Shown here in pieces: positions 1-13,100 of a stretch of DNA of 64,000 bases. This DNA is from Phoronis australis (Eukaryota > Animalia > Phoronida). The notes under the pieces were generated by a model, which ran no database searches, was not told the origin of the DNA, and was given only the letters and a program-made list of their open reading frames with translations. The stretch lies in assembly GCA_002633005.1 (NCBI GenBank), contig NMRA01000077.1:806001-870000 (forward strand). Direction: 5' to 3'. How positions within the stretch are numbered: the stretch's first letter is position 1; every line of letters begins with the position of its first letter. The position numbers and the translations under genes were made by a program.

Positions 1-1302
1 AGCATTGCAATCGGCCGCGTTGCAAGTAACACCTATTGGACCTCTGTGGTACTAAAAATTTTGGCAACCTGTAATTCAAAATGGCGAACTGAGATTTGAC
101 CCAACTCGCCAATTACGAGTTGAGTGTTTTCTTAATGCAAAGCTGGATATTTCACTTTTCATTTCACTGCAACTCTGCAGTTCTTGCAAGGAAAATTACA
201 TCAAAATGTGGGAGGTCTGAAAGTGCGCAGGATTATGCAACTCATGACCTTCAGATGGCAACTACCTCGTACCTGTTGAAAAAAATAATCTGATGGGCGC
301 CATTTTATTACATCTTTATCTCTCACTTTTGTAACAAAGGAAAATCAGGTGTCGCTTTGAAAGCGGTATGCTTGTGATATGTGCCATTTGCCCGATTTTT
401 GGTTTGGTAAAGTGACATCCTTTAGGAGATGGTGATAACTTTGCCAAAACAAAATTTTGCTCAGAATTTTGATTGCTTGTAATGAAATACTGAAAGTAGA
501 CAATATGAAACCACTTGTGGCAATTTGTTATGAACTATGTGCAAACGTGTACAAAAAGAACGTAGAAACTGACGAACAGATGTCGCTCTATTTCACTCGA
601 AGTTGACACATATGATTGCTCTAGAAATTGAATTGCAGAATAACAGACTTGCGGCATTATTTCCGTACTGCTAACCAACTTTGTTTAACTCAAGGAAGAG
701 TGTAACTGTTGTGCAAAGCTGTATCAATACACAGCTTTGGAATGATCTAGGTAAAAAGTGAAGACAACAAAATATTGCACTAAGCTAATGTCATTGAAAT
801 TACGCTTTTCCTTGAGTAAGCTAATTTGGTTATCAGCGCGAAAGAATGCCTTTAGTCCAGTATTCTGCAGTTCAGCCTGTAGAGTGATCATCAGGGTCAA
901 TGAAATTGAACTCTATTTGCTGGCAAATCTATTTTCGTTGATTCTTCAATCCACTGTTCTTTTTAAGTTTTCACTCAGTTAAAAACAAATTAGTAAAAGT
1001 GGTTTCACCTAGTTGGTGGTACGTTATTGCAAGCGTATCAAAGATTCTTTGGTGATGTATACTGTTGGATCCATTTGCCTTTTGGTTTGTCTGTTCTCTC
1101 TGAAATATTTGTCACGAAGATCACTCACGCTCTCTTTGTTCTCCCTAGTGCTGTGTGCATTGCAAATGACACTTGTGTCTTAAATTTGGTTGAGTGTCTC
1201 CCTTGACTTCAGAACTTCAATTTGAACATGTCAAAATGCACCCTGAAACCTCAAATTGTGTGCTAAACCATGAGCAGTAACTTGGGGTTCTTTTTGTTGC
1301 AG

Positions 1303-1377
1303 CCCAGCAGTGACGGAAGGTCTTTCAAACTTCAGACAACAGATGGCACTATGGTCTTGGTGATGCTGAATGAGCCA
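1303..1377 (+). CDS. RPA3: RPA3 internal exon (75 nt)
   Basis: ttgcag|CCC...CCA|gtgagt, phase 0-0. Confidence 0.88.
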
Positions 1378-2693
1378 GTGAGTAACTGTTTATGTAGAGT
1401 TTTGCTGAATAATTATTGTGAATTGTTTCCAGATGTCGTGCTCATTTTATGACACATCTTTTTAGTCATAGGGTTGAATTATTGCTAGTTTTAGGTAATT
1501 TTTAAAGGTATTTTGTTTGCATACATAATGTGAGCTAAATGTTTAAAACGTGATTCACAATATTGAGAAATTTCATTATATTAAACCATTTTTATCAGCA
1601 GCTGGTCAGTTAAGGGTATATAACCTCTGTATTAAGACTTTTGTGCTAATGTTAGGTAAGTGTTTCTTACATTGATTTGCCATTTTATTGTTTCACACAC
1701 AGACAGACAGACAGACACAGACACACACACAGACAGACACACACACAGACACACACACAGACACAGACTGACGCACAGACACACACACACACACAGACAC
1801 AGACTGACGCACAGACACAGACAGGCGCACAGACACAGACACAGACAGACACATAGACAGATACAGACACACACAATAACTAAGCCTCCGGCCCTTGTTA
1901 CCATCAAATCGTCAATTACAATACAGGTAAGTGTGTCAAACACTAACAGTAATACAAGCCCTCCTTTGCTTCAATGCAAAATTAACATATTTACATGTTG
2001 ATCATACAAGATCTTTTTCCTCCATAGTCATGAGTCTGTTGTCATAATAATAATAATAGTAATAATAATTAAACTTTGAATTTGTGAGAGGACATATTAT
2101 AACATATATCATGTCATCTGTTTGCAGCTAAATACATATGTTGATGGTCTTGTGGAGGTCGTTGGCAGTGTACGAAGTGAAGGTATTCACTGCCAGGAAT
2201 ATATTGTATTTACAGAGGAACAGACCAAGAGTTTTGGTAAGTCATCAATAGACTTAGAAGAACACATTCACCACAGGTTTTTAGTTGTTCATATTTCTAA
2301 TGCTAAAGGTACACGATACTATCTGAAACGGGGTGGTATCCTTCTTTTTCTCTGTTTCAAAATGAGTCTGACACAAACTAGAACCAGTTATGCTATTTTT
2401 GAGCAGATGTAAAAGGTTTTTCTTTCTTTTGCTGTGTCTTTGATTAGAAGAAAAAAAGCATTTTGAAATTAGTGACTGAAAGTTCCTCATGAATGCAATA
2501 ACATGAAAAATGCGAATGTTTTTGTAGTCAAAGTTTTGCTTGAATCTTTATTGTTTTACCCGTAATATTGTTTCTAACAACACTTGATTGTGCCCTTTTA
2601 GATTTTACCCAGTACAATGCTGCTGTAGAGTTGATCAACAAACACCCAGGTTTCTACCCCCTTGTTCAAGAACAGCAGGACATGCAAATGTGA
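1303..2693 (+). CDS. RPA3: Replication protein A 14 kDa subunit, 5'-partial; exons 1303-1377, 2128-2236, 2602-2693
   Basis: GT-AG exons join in frame: PSSDGRSFKLQTTDGTMVLVMLNEP|LNTYVDGLVEVVGSVRSEGIHCQEYIVFTEEQTKSF|DFTQYNAAVELINKHPGFYPLVQEQQDMQM*. This matches recalled RPA3 motifs (GIVEVVG, FDLGLYNEAV...FYP). The first coding exon was not found in the window. Confidence 0.9.
1693..1874. repeat. Compound (CA)n/(CAGA)n/(CACAGA)n microsatellite in an RPA3 intron
   Basis: Directly visible; explains the Cys/Val- and His/Thr-rich spurious ORFs. Confidence 0.95.
2128..2236 (+). CDS. RPA3: RPA3 internal exon (109 nt)
   Basis: ttgcag|CTA...TTTG|gtaagt; GLVEVVG motif. Confidence 0.9.
2602..2693 (+). 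CDS. RPA3: RPA3 last coding exon
   Basis: ttttag|AT TTT ACC CAG TAC...ATG TGA. Confidence 0.88.
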
Positions 2694-3369
2694 GGCGAAC
2701 TTTCAACTTTGAACTCAAGAACTTTGCTCTGGGAGGAATTTGCAGACTGGAAATCTCCAGATGTAAATACCAAAAGCTGGGTTGTGTATGTGCCTGTAAT
2801 TATGAAGACGAGCTCGATGATCATCAACTTTTACAGCTCTTATGCTCCCTGGAATCTGTTTTCAGCTGCAAAGATATTTGTTCAGCATTTCTGCAAAGCC
2901 AAAGGACCGGAGACAGATTTTATAATTATTTGTATCTATGATTGAAGTTTAAAGATACTGGTGCCGACAATTATATCGTGAAAAAGAACGACATGTGCAG
3001 CAAGGTTTTTAGTCTTCAATCGTGAAGCACATTTTGACCAATTTCATCCCATATTCACTTTCTCACTGGGGCTTTGGAGACATCTTGGGGGAACTCCCGT
3101 CAGGTTTGGTGTATACTTTGTACCAGGTCTGGTGTGCAAAGTTTGTTTTTTCGCGTATTGTGTTCGTAATGTATAGTACAGTAAAGTTGTGTCTAAGAAC
3201 CTGGGCCAGATGAAGCAATCGCTGAGCAATTTGAGAATGTAAATTAGTAATTGCCATGTTGAAATGTCACAACTTTTACGGTAGTGCATGTTTATTTACA
3301 GCATATCACAGGTGTAGAAATACTTCATAGTGAAGGTCCTCAGATTTGCCAAAAAGCATCAGAGGTAAA

Positions 3370-4090
3370 GGTGAAAATAAAATTGTTACTAGGGAGAATA
3401 GCTGTAGTTGGATTAGTCTGAAATTCACTGTCATCTGTTGCCATCTCCATAGAAACGCATGTTCTGCTGAATTTCATGAAGATCTTGCAAAAGGTAAAGA
3501 AGATACAGACCTGGACGCACGTCCGAAAATCAATGTCAGCCTCGGTCTTCCCCAAATTTTAATGATCCTTCAAGCGGTTTGGTGGATGGAGAGGGTGATG
3601 TCAAAAATTGTACTCAAAAAAATTTTAAATGGCCACCAAGTGGCGCAGAATACATCAAATCTGCGCAAAAATGAGGAAGCTTCATAGTCTACTTATAGAA
3701 GCCTATTTGCAAAATTTCATGATGATAGAAACGGCCACTATACAATGAATCTATGCGAAAATGGGAACCTGTAGACTCGCATCGAAACCTATTTATTAAA
3801 TTTCACGAAAATCATCCGCCGTCCTCTTCACAGTAGAAACATAAACACAAATTCTCAAAATCATCCGTAGAGTGGTTGGCCATTAGATGGTGCAAAATAT
3901 GTCGAATTCATCTGAAAACGGGAATATGTCGTCTCTTTAATAGAAAGCTATTTACCAAATTTCACAAGAGCAAGACAGTGTTGAATTGTACCCACGAATG
4001 CACCACAAATGATGTGTTTCTGGGGGTGCTTATATCGTGTATTATAAAAGTGGCCACCAGATGGCACAAAATACGTCTAGTCCATCCGAA
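3370..4090. mobile_element. Degenerate copy of the DINE-1/HINE-like repeat family
   Basis: Shares GCCACYAGRTGG subunits and ACAAGAGC...CCCAC terminus with the copies at 21.1, 24.2 and 37.6 kb; bounds approximate. Confidence 0.6.
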
Positions 4091-4364
4091 ACGTTTCTTA
4101 ATAGCGAATGTGCTAATCTGCCGTATTTGAATTTGCCGTCGCAGTTGCATTATGGGAAATATATGCCTCTATCGCTTGACAACCAGTTGTGCACAGTTTG
4201 CCAGGTGTTGTAACAAATGTTTAGCACAGAAGCGGTCAATAAAATTATCTTATTTGATTTCTTAACAAAAAATTAATATTAAACAAATAACTAGTGCAGG
4301 AAGCATGCAACAGCATTTTATTATAGAAATGTTTTGCCGCACCCCACCTCCATTGACTGTGACT

Positions 4365-4887
4365 CTGGGTCTCGGTCTGCAATCTCTGTACTAAGGCTCA
4401 TACTCTGTACTTGAGATTTCGTACTCAAAATCGTGCTCACTGGAGTCCTACTCGAAAAAGCGTATCTAATGTCGCATTTCGAGTAGACTCAAAACACTCA
4501 AATCTGAGAATCGTACTCAACTTGCTATGGAACTCTTTAGTTATGATGTGAAATGCAAAACCACGTCTACTCATAAATCGGCAAACAAAATCTGGAATAT
4601 TCGGGGATTGAGGAATTATCGATGACTAAACTATGATGTGAAATCTGACAGGGAATCAAATTTTTTTTGAACTTTCCTCGTCTTTCGGAAACCATTGCAC
4701 ATGCACTTCAATCACAGCAATCCCCACCCCACAGCTGCTTTTGACCCTTGTAATGACTCGTCGACATGAGATAAGCAATCGCCAGTAAGAAGGACTTTAA
4801 AATTGGTGGCAATGAAGTACGGTGAGGATGAAGTGTGAGTTTGAGTATGATTCGAGTCTGAGTACGAAGATTGGAGACCGGGGCCAG
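4365..4887. mobile_element. MITE with imperfect terminal inverted repeats
   Basis: CTGGGTCTCGGTCTGCAATCT...AGATTGGAGACCGGGGCCAG, with internal GTACTC/GAGTAC subrepeats. Confidence 0.6.
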
Positions 4888-5139
4888 GTAAACAATAAGC
4901 ACATGCCTTAGATAGTACAAATTTTTAAAATTATAGTTTTTATAAGATATTGAGAATTTGTATCATATTTTTCTAGTCTTAATAATGGAAAACGGCAGCT
5001 AAACATAATGATCTCTTCCGTATAGAAACTCTCACGCTGTTCCTAGGCATACATACTATCCCAGAATGCAATACAGTGGAACTGGTGTGGGGCATGGGCA
5101 TTGATATTTGCATTCGCTATTGAAAGCTATGAATCTGAG

Positions 5140-5420
5140 AACAGGAACATGTCGTTTCCTCAATAAAAAGCTATTACCAAAATTATATAAAAATATGTAA
5201 AGGAACTTTGACAGAGAAACAGAGGAAAACAAAAAAATGAAATTGCCACTAAGGGGCACACCGGTAGTCGGATCCAAATTTCGCCCAATGCCGTCCCATC
5301 CATGAAAGGAACACGTGCAAAATTTCATGAACATACATCAAAGGGTTTTGGAAATAGAGCAGCAGACGACGGACGGGGATGACTGCGTAAGACATCCATA
5401 TATAAATATGTGGGCGCACA
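5140..5420 (-). mobile_element. HINE-like family fragment including terminus
   Basis: GCCACTAAGGGGCAC subunit and CCATATATAAATATGTGGGCGCA end. Confidence 0.65.
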
Positions 5421-7058
5421 AATTTTTGCTTTTGATTTTTGACAAATTACATTTTTTTAAATTACTGCACCAAAACCATGGAATGTTCTAAAAACATGGT
5501 GTAATGTTGAACATGGCACGTATCACAAAAGCTTTTTAAGTCCTTTATTATGCTTACTGTGTAGTTTGACTTCCAACATGAGAAGCAGCTATGATCACGT
5601 GTACAACTCGTCAGTTCATAGCCTTGCAAATGTCAAACTCTAGTAGCATACTGTGAACATTAGCCTGTCTCACACAGGTGAATATTCAATGCTTATAGAC
5701 TCTCCACCAAAACTGGACTGTTGGAAAAATTGGAAACTATGCATAAGTGGGTTTTGTGACTGATGTATGAACAGTCAAAAATGTATTCTAGTCATAAGCT
5801 GAGAGTAAAAAACATAAAAATTACAAAACCTCAGCATTGAATATTGTCTTTTTCAACAAAAGTGATGACTACAATCTCACCAATTTTGGACAAAATAAAT
5901 CGCCAAGATTGCCCCTTTTCATTTTCAGGATCTTTTAATTTTACTGTTCAGAATTATTAGAAACTTTTGTTAGATGTAGTACAAATCTTGGACAAGACAA
6001 GGAAACTAAAGGCATTTAAGTGTTGTGCTGCATGGGTTTCAGGGAGAAAAAATAAATTTCCGTTGCTGCCATTGTTCTATGCAGGGTAAAATGAAATGAA
6101 CCTCACATTCACAATACCTCTATGGCCAAGGTCCAAAAAGCCTTACACATAAATAAACTTCTTTACATACAAAATTAAGTTCAGGCAAAATAGCATGATC
6201 GTTTTGTTACACAGGCAGGCACGCACACACACAGACATGCAGCTTAACACGATTAGTCAGACCAGTTATTCGAATCAACAAAACCTTTGAAACTAAGAAA
6301 ATTCACTGTCTCTATGCTACAAGATGGATGCATCCCAATAGGCCTTATACGACGGAAATATTTCAGCAAATAACGCTTATCTCAGGATACACCATGGAAG
6401 TCACAGCCATAAGTAACATTCAAGTGTATAGCGACACCTTTGGGGCGGTCCATGTCTTCCACCTCTGAATGAATACTCCCACCATCATATTTCTCTGACA
6501 GGTTCCTTCATTCACTAATGAAATCATTAACAGTCATTTTCGATGTAAACTTTTGGGATATCCCAATACAGCTGTTGGAGTGTTCATGGGTAATAGTCGG
6601 AAAAAAGGTGTCTGCATTTTGAGAACCAGTTATCTCCACTGAATAACAAGGCATCAAACTGGTTCTCAAAATGTGGACATGTTATAACATGAGCCAAATG
6701 AGTCTTCAGCAAATATTGCCAATTGATGGTACCAATTACACACTGTCCAGAATACAGGGTGCTTCAAAATGATGGACTTATCTCCAGAACACAGGGTGCT
6801 TCAAAATGATGGACTTATCTAGTTGGATTCCAAGGGCTTGTTCCCTTCTTGGCCAGTGTAACAGGGTTTTGACAGACCGGGTAATTTTTCATGATGTCAA
6901 AACTCAATTTTCCACCAGAAGGCTGGCCGCCCACGACATCTTAGATCCAACACTGACAAAATAATGATGTGTAGCAATTGCAAAACACGCCCATCCTTCT
7001 GAACCAGCCTGTGCTACTATGGCTTAATCAAAATCAGAAGTCATGATGGCATTGTTTG

Positions 7059-7167
7059 TCATGATTTGGCCATCGTCAGGGTTGATATATTACTGAAGCT
7101 GTTCACCGTTGTATCCAGGGTAACACACTTGCAGACACATCCTGACACTGGGCACTCTGTATGTTCA
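7059..7167 (-). CDS. MIOS: MIOS last coding exon
   Basis: cag|T GAA CAT ACA GAG TGC CCA: [18 protein letters not shown]...KS*. Confidence 0.9.
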
Positions 7168-10100
7168 CTGCAAGCAGATAAAGACACTAATTATTACGGT
7201 ATGAAAATTCCTCAATGTGTGGCCAGCATGTTCCGAGATTGAACAATGTCAACAAAGGTGGTTGAAGTAACAGTGAACCTTCATAAGTCCTTTTACATAA
7301 TTGTCTAATCAACAAAGGTGGTTGTAGTAACAATGAACCTTCATAAGTCCTTTTANCTGGTTTGAAACAGTCCATTGTCAAGACTTCCATTTTGTGTGAC
7401 AGAAGGCTGCGAGTTTATTGCTGGTTTGAAACAGTCCATTGTCAAGACTTCCATTTTGTGTGACAGAAGGCTGCGAGTTTATTGCTGGTTTGAAACAGTC
7501 CATTGTCAAGACTTCCATTTTGTGTGACAGAAGGCTGCGAGTTTATTGCTGGTTTGAAACAGTCCATTGTCAAGACTTCCATTTTGTGTGACAGAAGGCT
7601 GTAAGTTTATTGCTGGTTTGAAACAGTCCATTGTCAAGACTCCTCACCACAACCAATTCATATATTTTGCCACATAACAGGGCTTGGAATTGCCCTCTTT
7701 TAAAAGGATTTCCTCTTTCCTTTTTTTCTTCTCTTTTTCATCATTATTTTGACTTTATTAATGAAAAAACATGTTTATTTCAGTTAAAATTTTCAACACA
7801 AAAATATTTCTTTCACACAAGCCTATTTGTTGAACTGTTACATCATGTAGAACAGTTTGTTCTTTTTCTGTCATTGGTCATTCCAAGCCCTGCCAACCAC
7901 AAATAATTAATACATTTGCATGACAAAACTAGAGGAGGGTAGCCATAAAGTGTCAATATGTAGGTTTATACAATGATATGAATATTGCATTTGTGAAACA
8001 AATCCACTTAGGTCATCCAAGGTTATGGTGTTAAGAAGAGGAAACAATGTTCAACATCTGATTCAGCCCCTTAACATTACCACTCAGGAACAACAGTTCA
8101 ACATTTGGTTCAGCCCTTTAACATTACCACCCAGGAACAACAGTTCAACATCTGGTTCAGCCCCTTAACATTACCACTCAGGAACAACAGTTCAACATTT
8201 GGTTCAGCCCTTTAACATTACCACCCAGGAACAACAGTTCAACATCTGGTTCAGCCACTTAACATTACCACCCAGTTTCTTCTAGATTGACAAGTGACCT
8301 ACCGGAACCACTCCGCGATGTGTGTTGCGTGGCCTCCATGGCGACAAGTCTGACACCAGGTAAACCAATCGCCAAAGTGCGCCAACTTCTCAGAAGTGTC
8401 TGCAAGAAATGCGAACTTCGTCACTCTGATCATTAAAAAGGTAAAGACAAAGCATGGACGACAAGGAAATCACCAAGTTTTAGATATTCTCCAAATCAAT
8501 CATGTTTGACTCACTTCAGACTAGATCAGTACAAAAATTTCTTTATATTGGAATAAAAACAGTGACCATAACGGCCATTTTGCATTAAGCTCAATGCATT
8601 ACTACCGAGAGCAACACCGGGGTGTTGACATATGCCCACGGTGCATGGCATATGCTGTTTGTAAGGGACACTAGGTGCTTCATTTGACGAATCAGCCCGA
8701 ACATCCGAACATACCACTGAGCCAAGTCTCAATGAAATGCATTCTTTAAATATCACCTGGAAACACTCTTCCCCCAAACATAACTTGGAGAGCCCCATGT
8801 CGAAAACTGAATGGTCACTAAGAGGTGTACAGAGGTCGAATACGTCTAAAAATTTAGTGGTGCCGTCGCATTGCCATGGCATACCTAACTTTTATTGAAA
8901 TCATTGAAATCTACACATCATCCCCAAACGCTCTCACACAAAATGGGCACTAGGAGGCGTTCCAGATGTCAAATCCGCCTGAAAACTGATTGATGCAGGT
9001 GCAATCTCACAATATACTGAGTTTCGATGAAATCTGTCGATCAGTTCTTTAGGTATCATCAGGAAACGCTCTTCCCACAAAGAACACTTCAAAAACCCAT
9101 GTTGAAAACAAAATGGCCACCAGGAGGTGCTACAATGGTCGAATCGGCCTGAAAATTTAATTTAGGGAAAATATGTTGATCATTTGTCTCTCGATTTGTA
9201 AATAAAAAATCACTTACTGAGAGACTAGGTTTTGTTGGAGGCAGATATTTCGGCCTGGTCCGTCAGGCCTTTGTCGATGACTGAAATATTACCTGCTGTC
9301 TGATTGGTAAGCATGTCAGTGTAAAGGGGAGGTAACTGCACCCCACGTGGTCCCGGTTCAGAAGGGGGTGCTTGGTCCTGATTTTGATGGATTCCTCGAT
9401 TATACGGGCATACCAGTTCCGTTCCTTGTTGATGATCTTGGCGGTGGCAAGAGAGACAGTATGTCCAGTGGCCAAAGTATGTTCACCTACAGCTGTTGGT
9501 CTGTTGAGTTTTTTGTGGTCTTTGAATCTAGTTCCAAGTGATCTTTTGGTTTCCCCAATATAAATGTGGTTAGGGTCCTGGTCACAGATGAGCCAAGATC
9601 ATCGGCAAGGAACAGAACTGGTATACCCATAAAATCAAGGAATGAGCCAAGATCATTGGCAAGGAACAGAACTGGTATACCCATAAAATCAAGGAATCCA
9701 TCAAAATCAGGACCCAGTGCCGCCTTTTGTACCGGGCCGCGGGGTGCAGTTAACTACCCTCTACACCGACATCCTTACCAAGTGAACGGCGGGTAATATT
9801 GCAGTTATCGACAAAGGTCTGGCAGAACAGGCCGAAACGTCTGCCTCCAACAAAACCTAATCTCTCAGTAAGTGATTTTTATATTTACATGAAAAATTTA
9901 ATAGCGCCACCACATTCTCATCACAAATCTGTGTTAAATCCTTCCCTCGGTTTTCAATATGTCATTTGGAAAGGCTCTCACACACAATGGCCACTAGGAT
10001 GCACTACAGTAGTTGAACCTGGCAGAAAGTCAAATTATCCGGCACAATCTCATGTACTTCTGTGTCAAGCGTCAATGAAATGCCTCAAGCTGTTCTTTAG

Positions 10101-13100
10101 ATATTATCCAGAAACGCTCTTCCCCCCAAAAATACCGCTACGCCACCCTGATTCCCGGGGGCTGGGCAGATTCAAAAGTCGCATGAACTGTTCTGGTGAT
10201 GCTGAACACCCTAGTGCCAAATTTCAACAAAATCCAACACCCAGACAAAGTGATGATATGCAACACACACACGCACGCACGCACTCACTCACTCACTCAC
10301 TCACTCACTCACTCACTCTCTCTCTCTCTCACTCTCTCTCTCCCTCTCTCTCTCTCNNNNNNNNNNNNNNNNNNNNNNNNNNNNNNNNNNNNNNNNNNNN
10401 NNNNNNNNNNNNNNNNNNNNNNNNNNNNNNNNNNNNNNNNNNNNNNNNNNNNNNNNNNNNNNNNNNNNNNNNNNNNNNNNNNNNNNNNNNNNNNNNNNNN
10501 NNNNNNNNNNNNNNNNNNNNNNNNNNNNNNNNNNNNNNNNNNNNNNNNNNNNNNNNNNNNNNNNNNNNNNNNNNNNNNNNNNNNNNNNNNNNNNNNNNNN
10601 NNNNNNNNNNNNNNNNNNNNNNNNNNNNNNNNNNNNNNNNNNNNNNNNNNNNNNNNNNNNNNNNNNNNNNNNNNNNNNNNNNNNNNNNNNNNNNNNNNNN
10701 NNNNNNNNNNNNNNNNNNNNNNNNNNNNNNNNNNNNNNNNNNNNNNNNNNNNNNNNNNNNNNNNNNNNNNNNNNNNNNNNNNNNNNNNNNNNNNNNNNNN
10801 NNNNNNNNNNNNNNNNNNNNNNNNNNNNNNNNNNNNNNNNNNNNNNNNNNNNNNNNNNNCCTCCCGACCTCCCCCCTCTCGGCGCCACGTGCCTCGGATT
10901 CGACCTTTGCGGGAATCCTAAACCCCCCCCTTACTGAAAACGTAGATCCGCCCCTGTGCCATAGCTTCTTTAAGAGAAAGCTATTTACCAAATTTTCATA
11001 AAAATCCATCAAGGAACTTCAGAGAAACAAAGGAAAATGAAAAAAAATTGACACAAGGGGGCACAGCGTCTGCCTGAAAGTTGAAGATACAGAGGTAAAC
11101 GTAAGAAACTAAAATTGCCACTAGGGGCGCAACCGTAGTCAGATCCATGCGAAAGTCGTCGTTGTTTATTGTCAACATCATATATACTTGCTATGATTGG
11201 TAAAAGATCCATCAAACAGTTTAGGAGATACAGCCATGGGCAACAAAAAAAAACAGAACTGCCACTAGGAGGCGCCACAGTAGTCGAAGTTATTGGAAAA
11301 TCAACGTCAACTGCCCTCTTCACAGTAAGAACATATATGCCTATTTTCAAAATCATACCCAGAGCGGTTTGGTTGATAGAAGGGCGGATGCTACAAAACA
11401 GACTCAAAAACAGTAAAAATGGCCACTAGGTGGTGCAAAGTACATCGAATCCGTCCGAAAACGGGGGAGAATGGCATAATCTCACTAATAGATGCCTAGC
11501 TGCCAAATTTTATGAAAATCTGTTAAGGACCTCCAAAGGTACAGAGGTAAGCGTAAACAATTAAAATTGCCACTAGGGGACACACCAGTAGTCAGAGAGG
11601 TCCGAAATTCATTGTCGTCCCTCGTCAGCTTGATAGGAACACATATGCTACATCTCATCACAGTTCTGTGAGGGTTTAGCAGATACAACAGTGGACAGAG
11701 ATGACGGCAATATGCAACCACGTATAAATATGTGGGCGCATAATAAATGTCTATGATTATAATACAATGATAACTTGCTAAAACAAGATTACAAAGACTT
11801 CTGATACAAACGTTTATTTAGCCACAGTGCATGGAGAAAAAACATTAACTCGATGTTTTGTATTTAACTCTGTGCTTGTATATAATGTTTCTCACTGTAC
11901 TTTGGGCCTCTGGCCTTGAATGCAATAAAATATGGTATGACATGCTGCACATCAGTCTCTAACCTTGCCTTTAATGATAATGTAGATATTGAAGAAATAC
12001 AACTAACAAGCAACACATCAAAGTCTCTAACCTTAGGCTTGTTCATGCTGGCACCACAGTGTGGAGCAAAATGCCTGATTCGCACATTGGCACCAGATGG
12101 CGTGCCAGCGATACCCTTGCCACAGAAATTGCAGCTGACTGACAGCTGTTGGCGAACTTGTGAACCACCATCTGTGGTCGACTTGTGAAAGACGTCAAAC
12201 TCTGCTCTCTTATGCCAGAGCTGCCACTTGTCGAGAAGTGAGCGATAACTGAAAAAAGGATATCAATCCTACTTTTTCTTGTACTGCTCATATTCATTAA
12301 ACATTCTTTAGTAAAGACATTTTGCCAGCTTCAGTTAGAGGTACAATACAGAAGCTCCATGTTCAAAGAAACTTAGTACTTTGCTTTAGTAAGCTTAGGT
12401 TATTTTTTGGAAATATTGAATGTGAAATGTAGGAAAAATTTCTGATTGATGCCTTAAGTCACTTTTCAGGAGAAAGCCAGATTAAAGGATTACATTGGTT
12501 GGGCATTATTCTATGAATATTAGGACAAAATATGGTTGAAATTATAATATGGTTTTAATGGCATGTACAGTTCATGTCAGCAAGGTTGTAGGTAGATTAG
12601 CCATTATTTACATTACCAAATTTTGACAAAATAATTGCCAAAGTTGTCCTTTTTGTTTTCAAAGGCTTCCAAAGTTGTTGTGAATGCCCACAATATAGTC
12701 TGGTAGTAGCCAGACTGAACTTAAAAAAGGTAAAGCATTACTATGGTACTATATATCGTTAAGAAAAAATGGAGAAAATGAAATTTCATGTGTTCGCCAT
12801 GTTGTGTGCACATTTGGTGGGATATTACAGAAAAAAAGCACATTATGCTGACAACAATGGTTGTAAAGGACCAGAACAAATGCCATTCATGTGATACAAG
12901 CAACATAGTGTAAATATTGCCTCGTTTCACAGACAACATCACATTGTGCACTAGTAACTGCCAATGGGCAAAAGCTATCACCGTGTCCTTTTTTATCTAG
13001 AATAACCATAACAACGATAACAATTGTGGATAGTTCATCAGTGTACACATAAACTGATGAGGTAAGAGTATAGCTAATGATATGACGATGTCATTGATGA

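Noticed and set aside
81-92. AAAATGGCG as the RPA3 start
   Set aside because: Followed by a stop after 3 codons; no RPA3 N-terminal homology found in 1-1300
1632-2001. Cys/Val- and His/Arg-rich ORFs
   Set aside because: Translations of a microsatellite
9799-11012. ORFs of 191-400 aa
   Set aside because: Artefacts of reading through the N gap
12254-12262. Second ATATCCTTT (U12 donor-like) on minus
   Set aside because: It is the polypyrimidine tract of an ordinary CAG acceptor at 12249; no exon ends there
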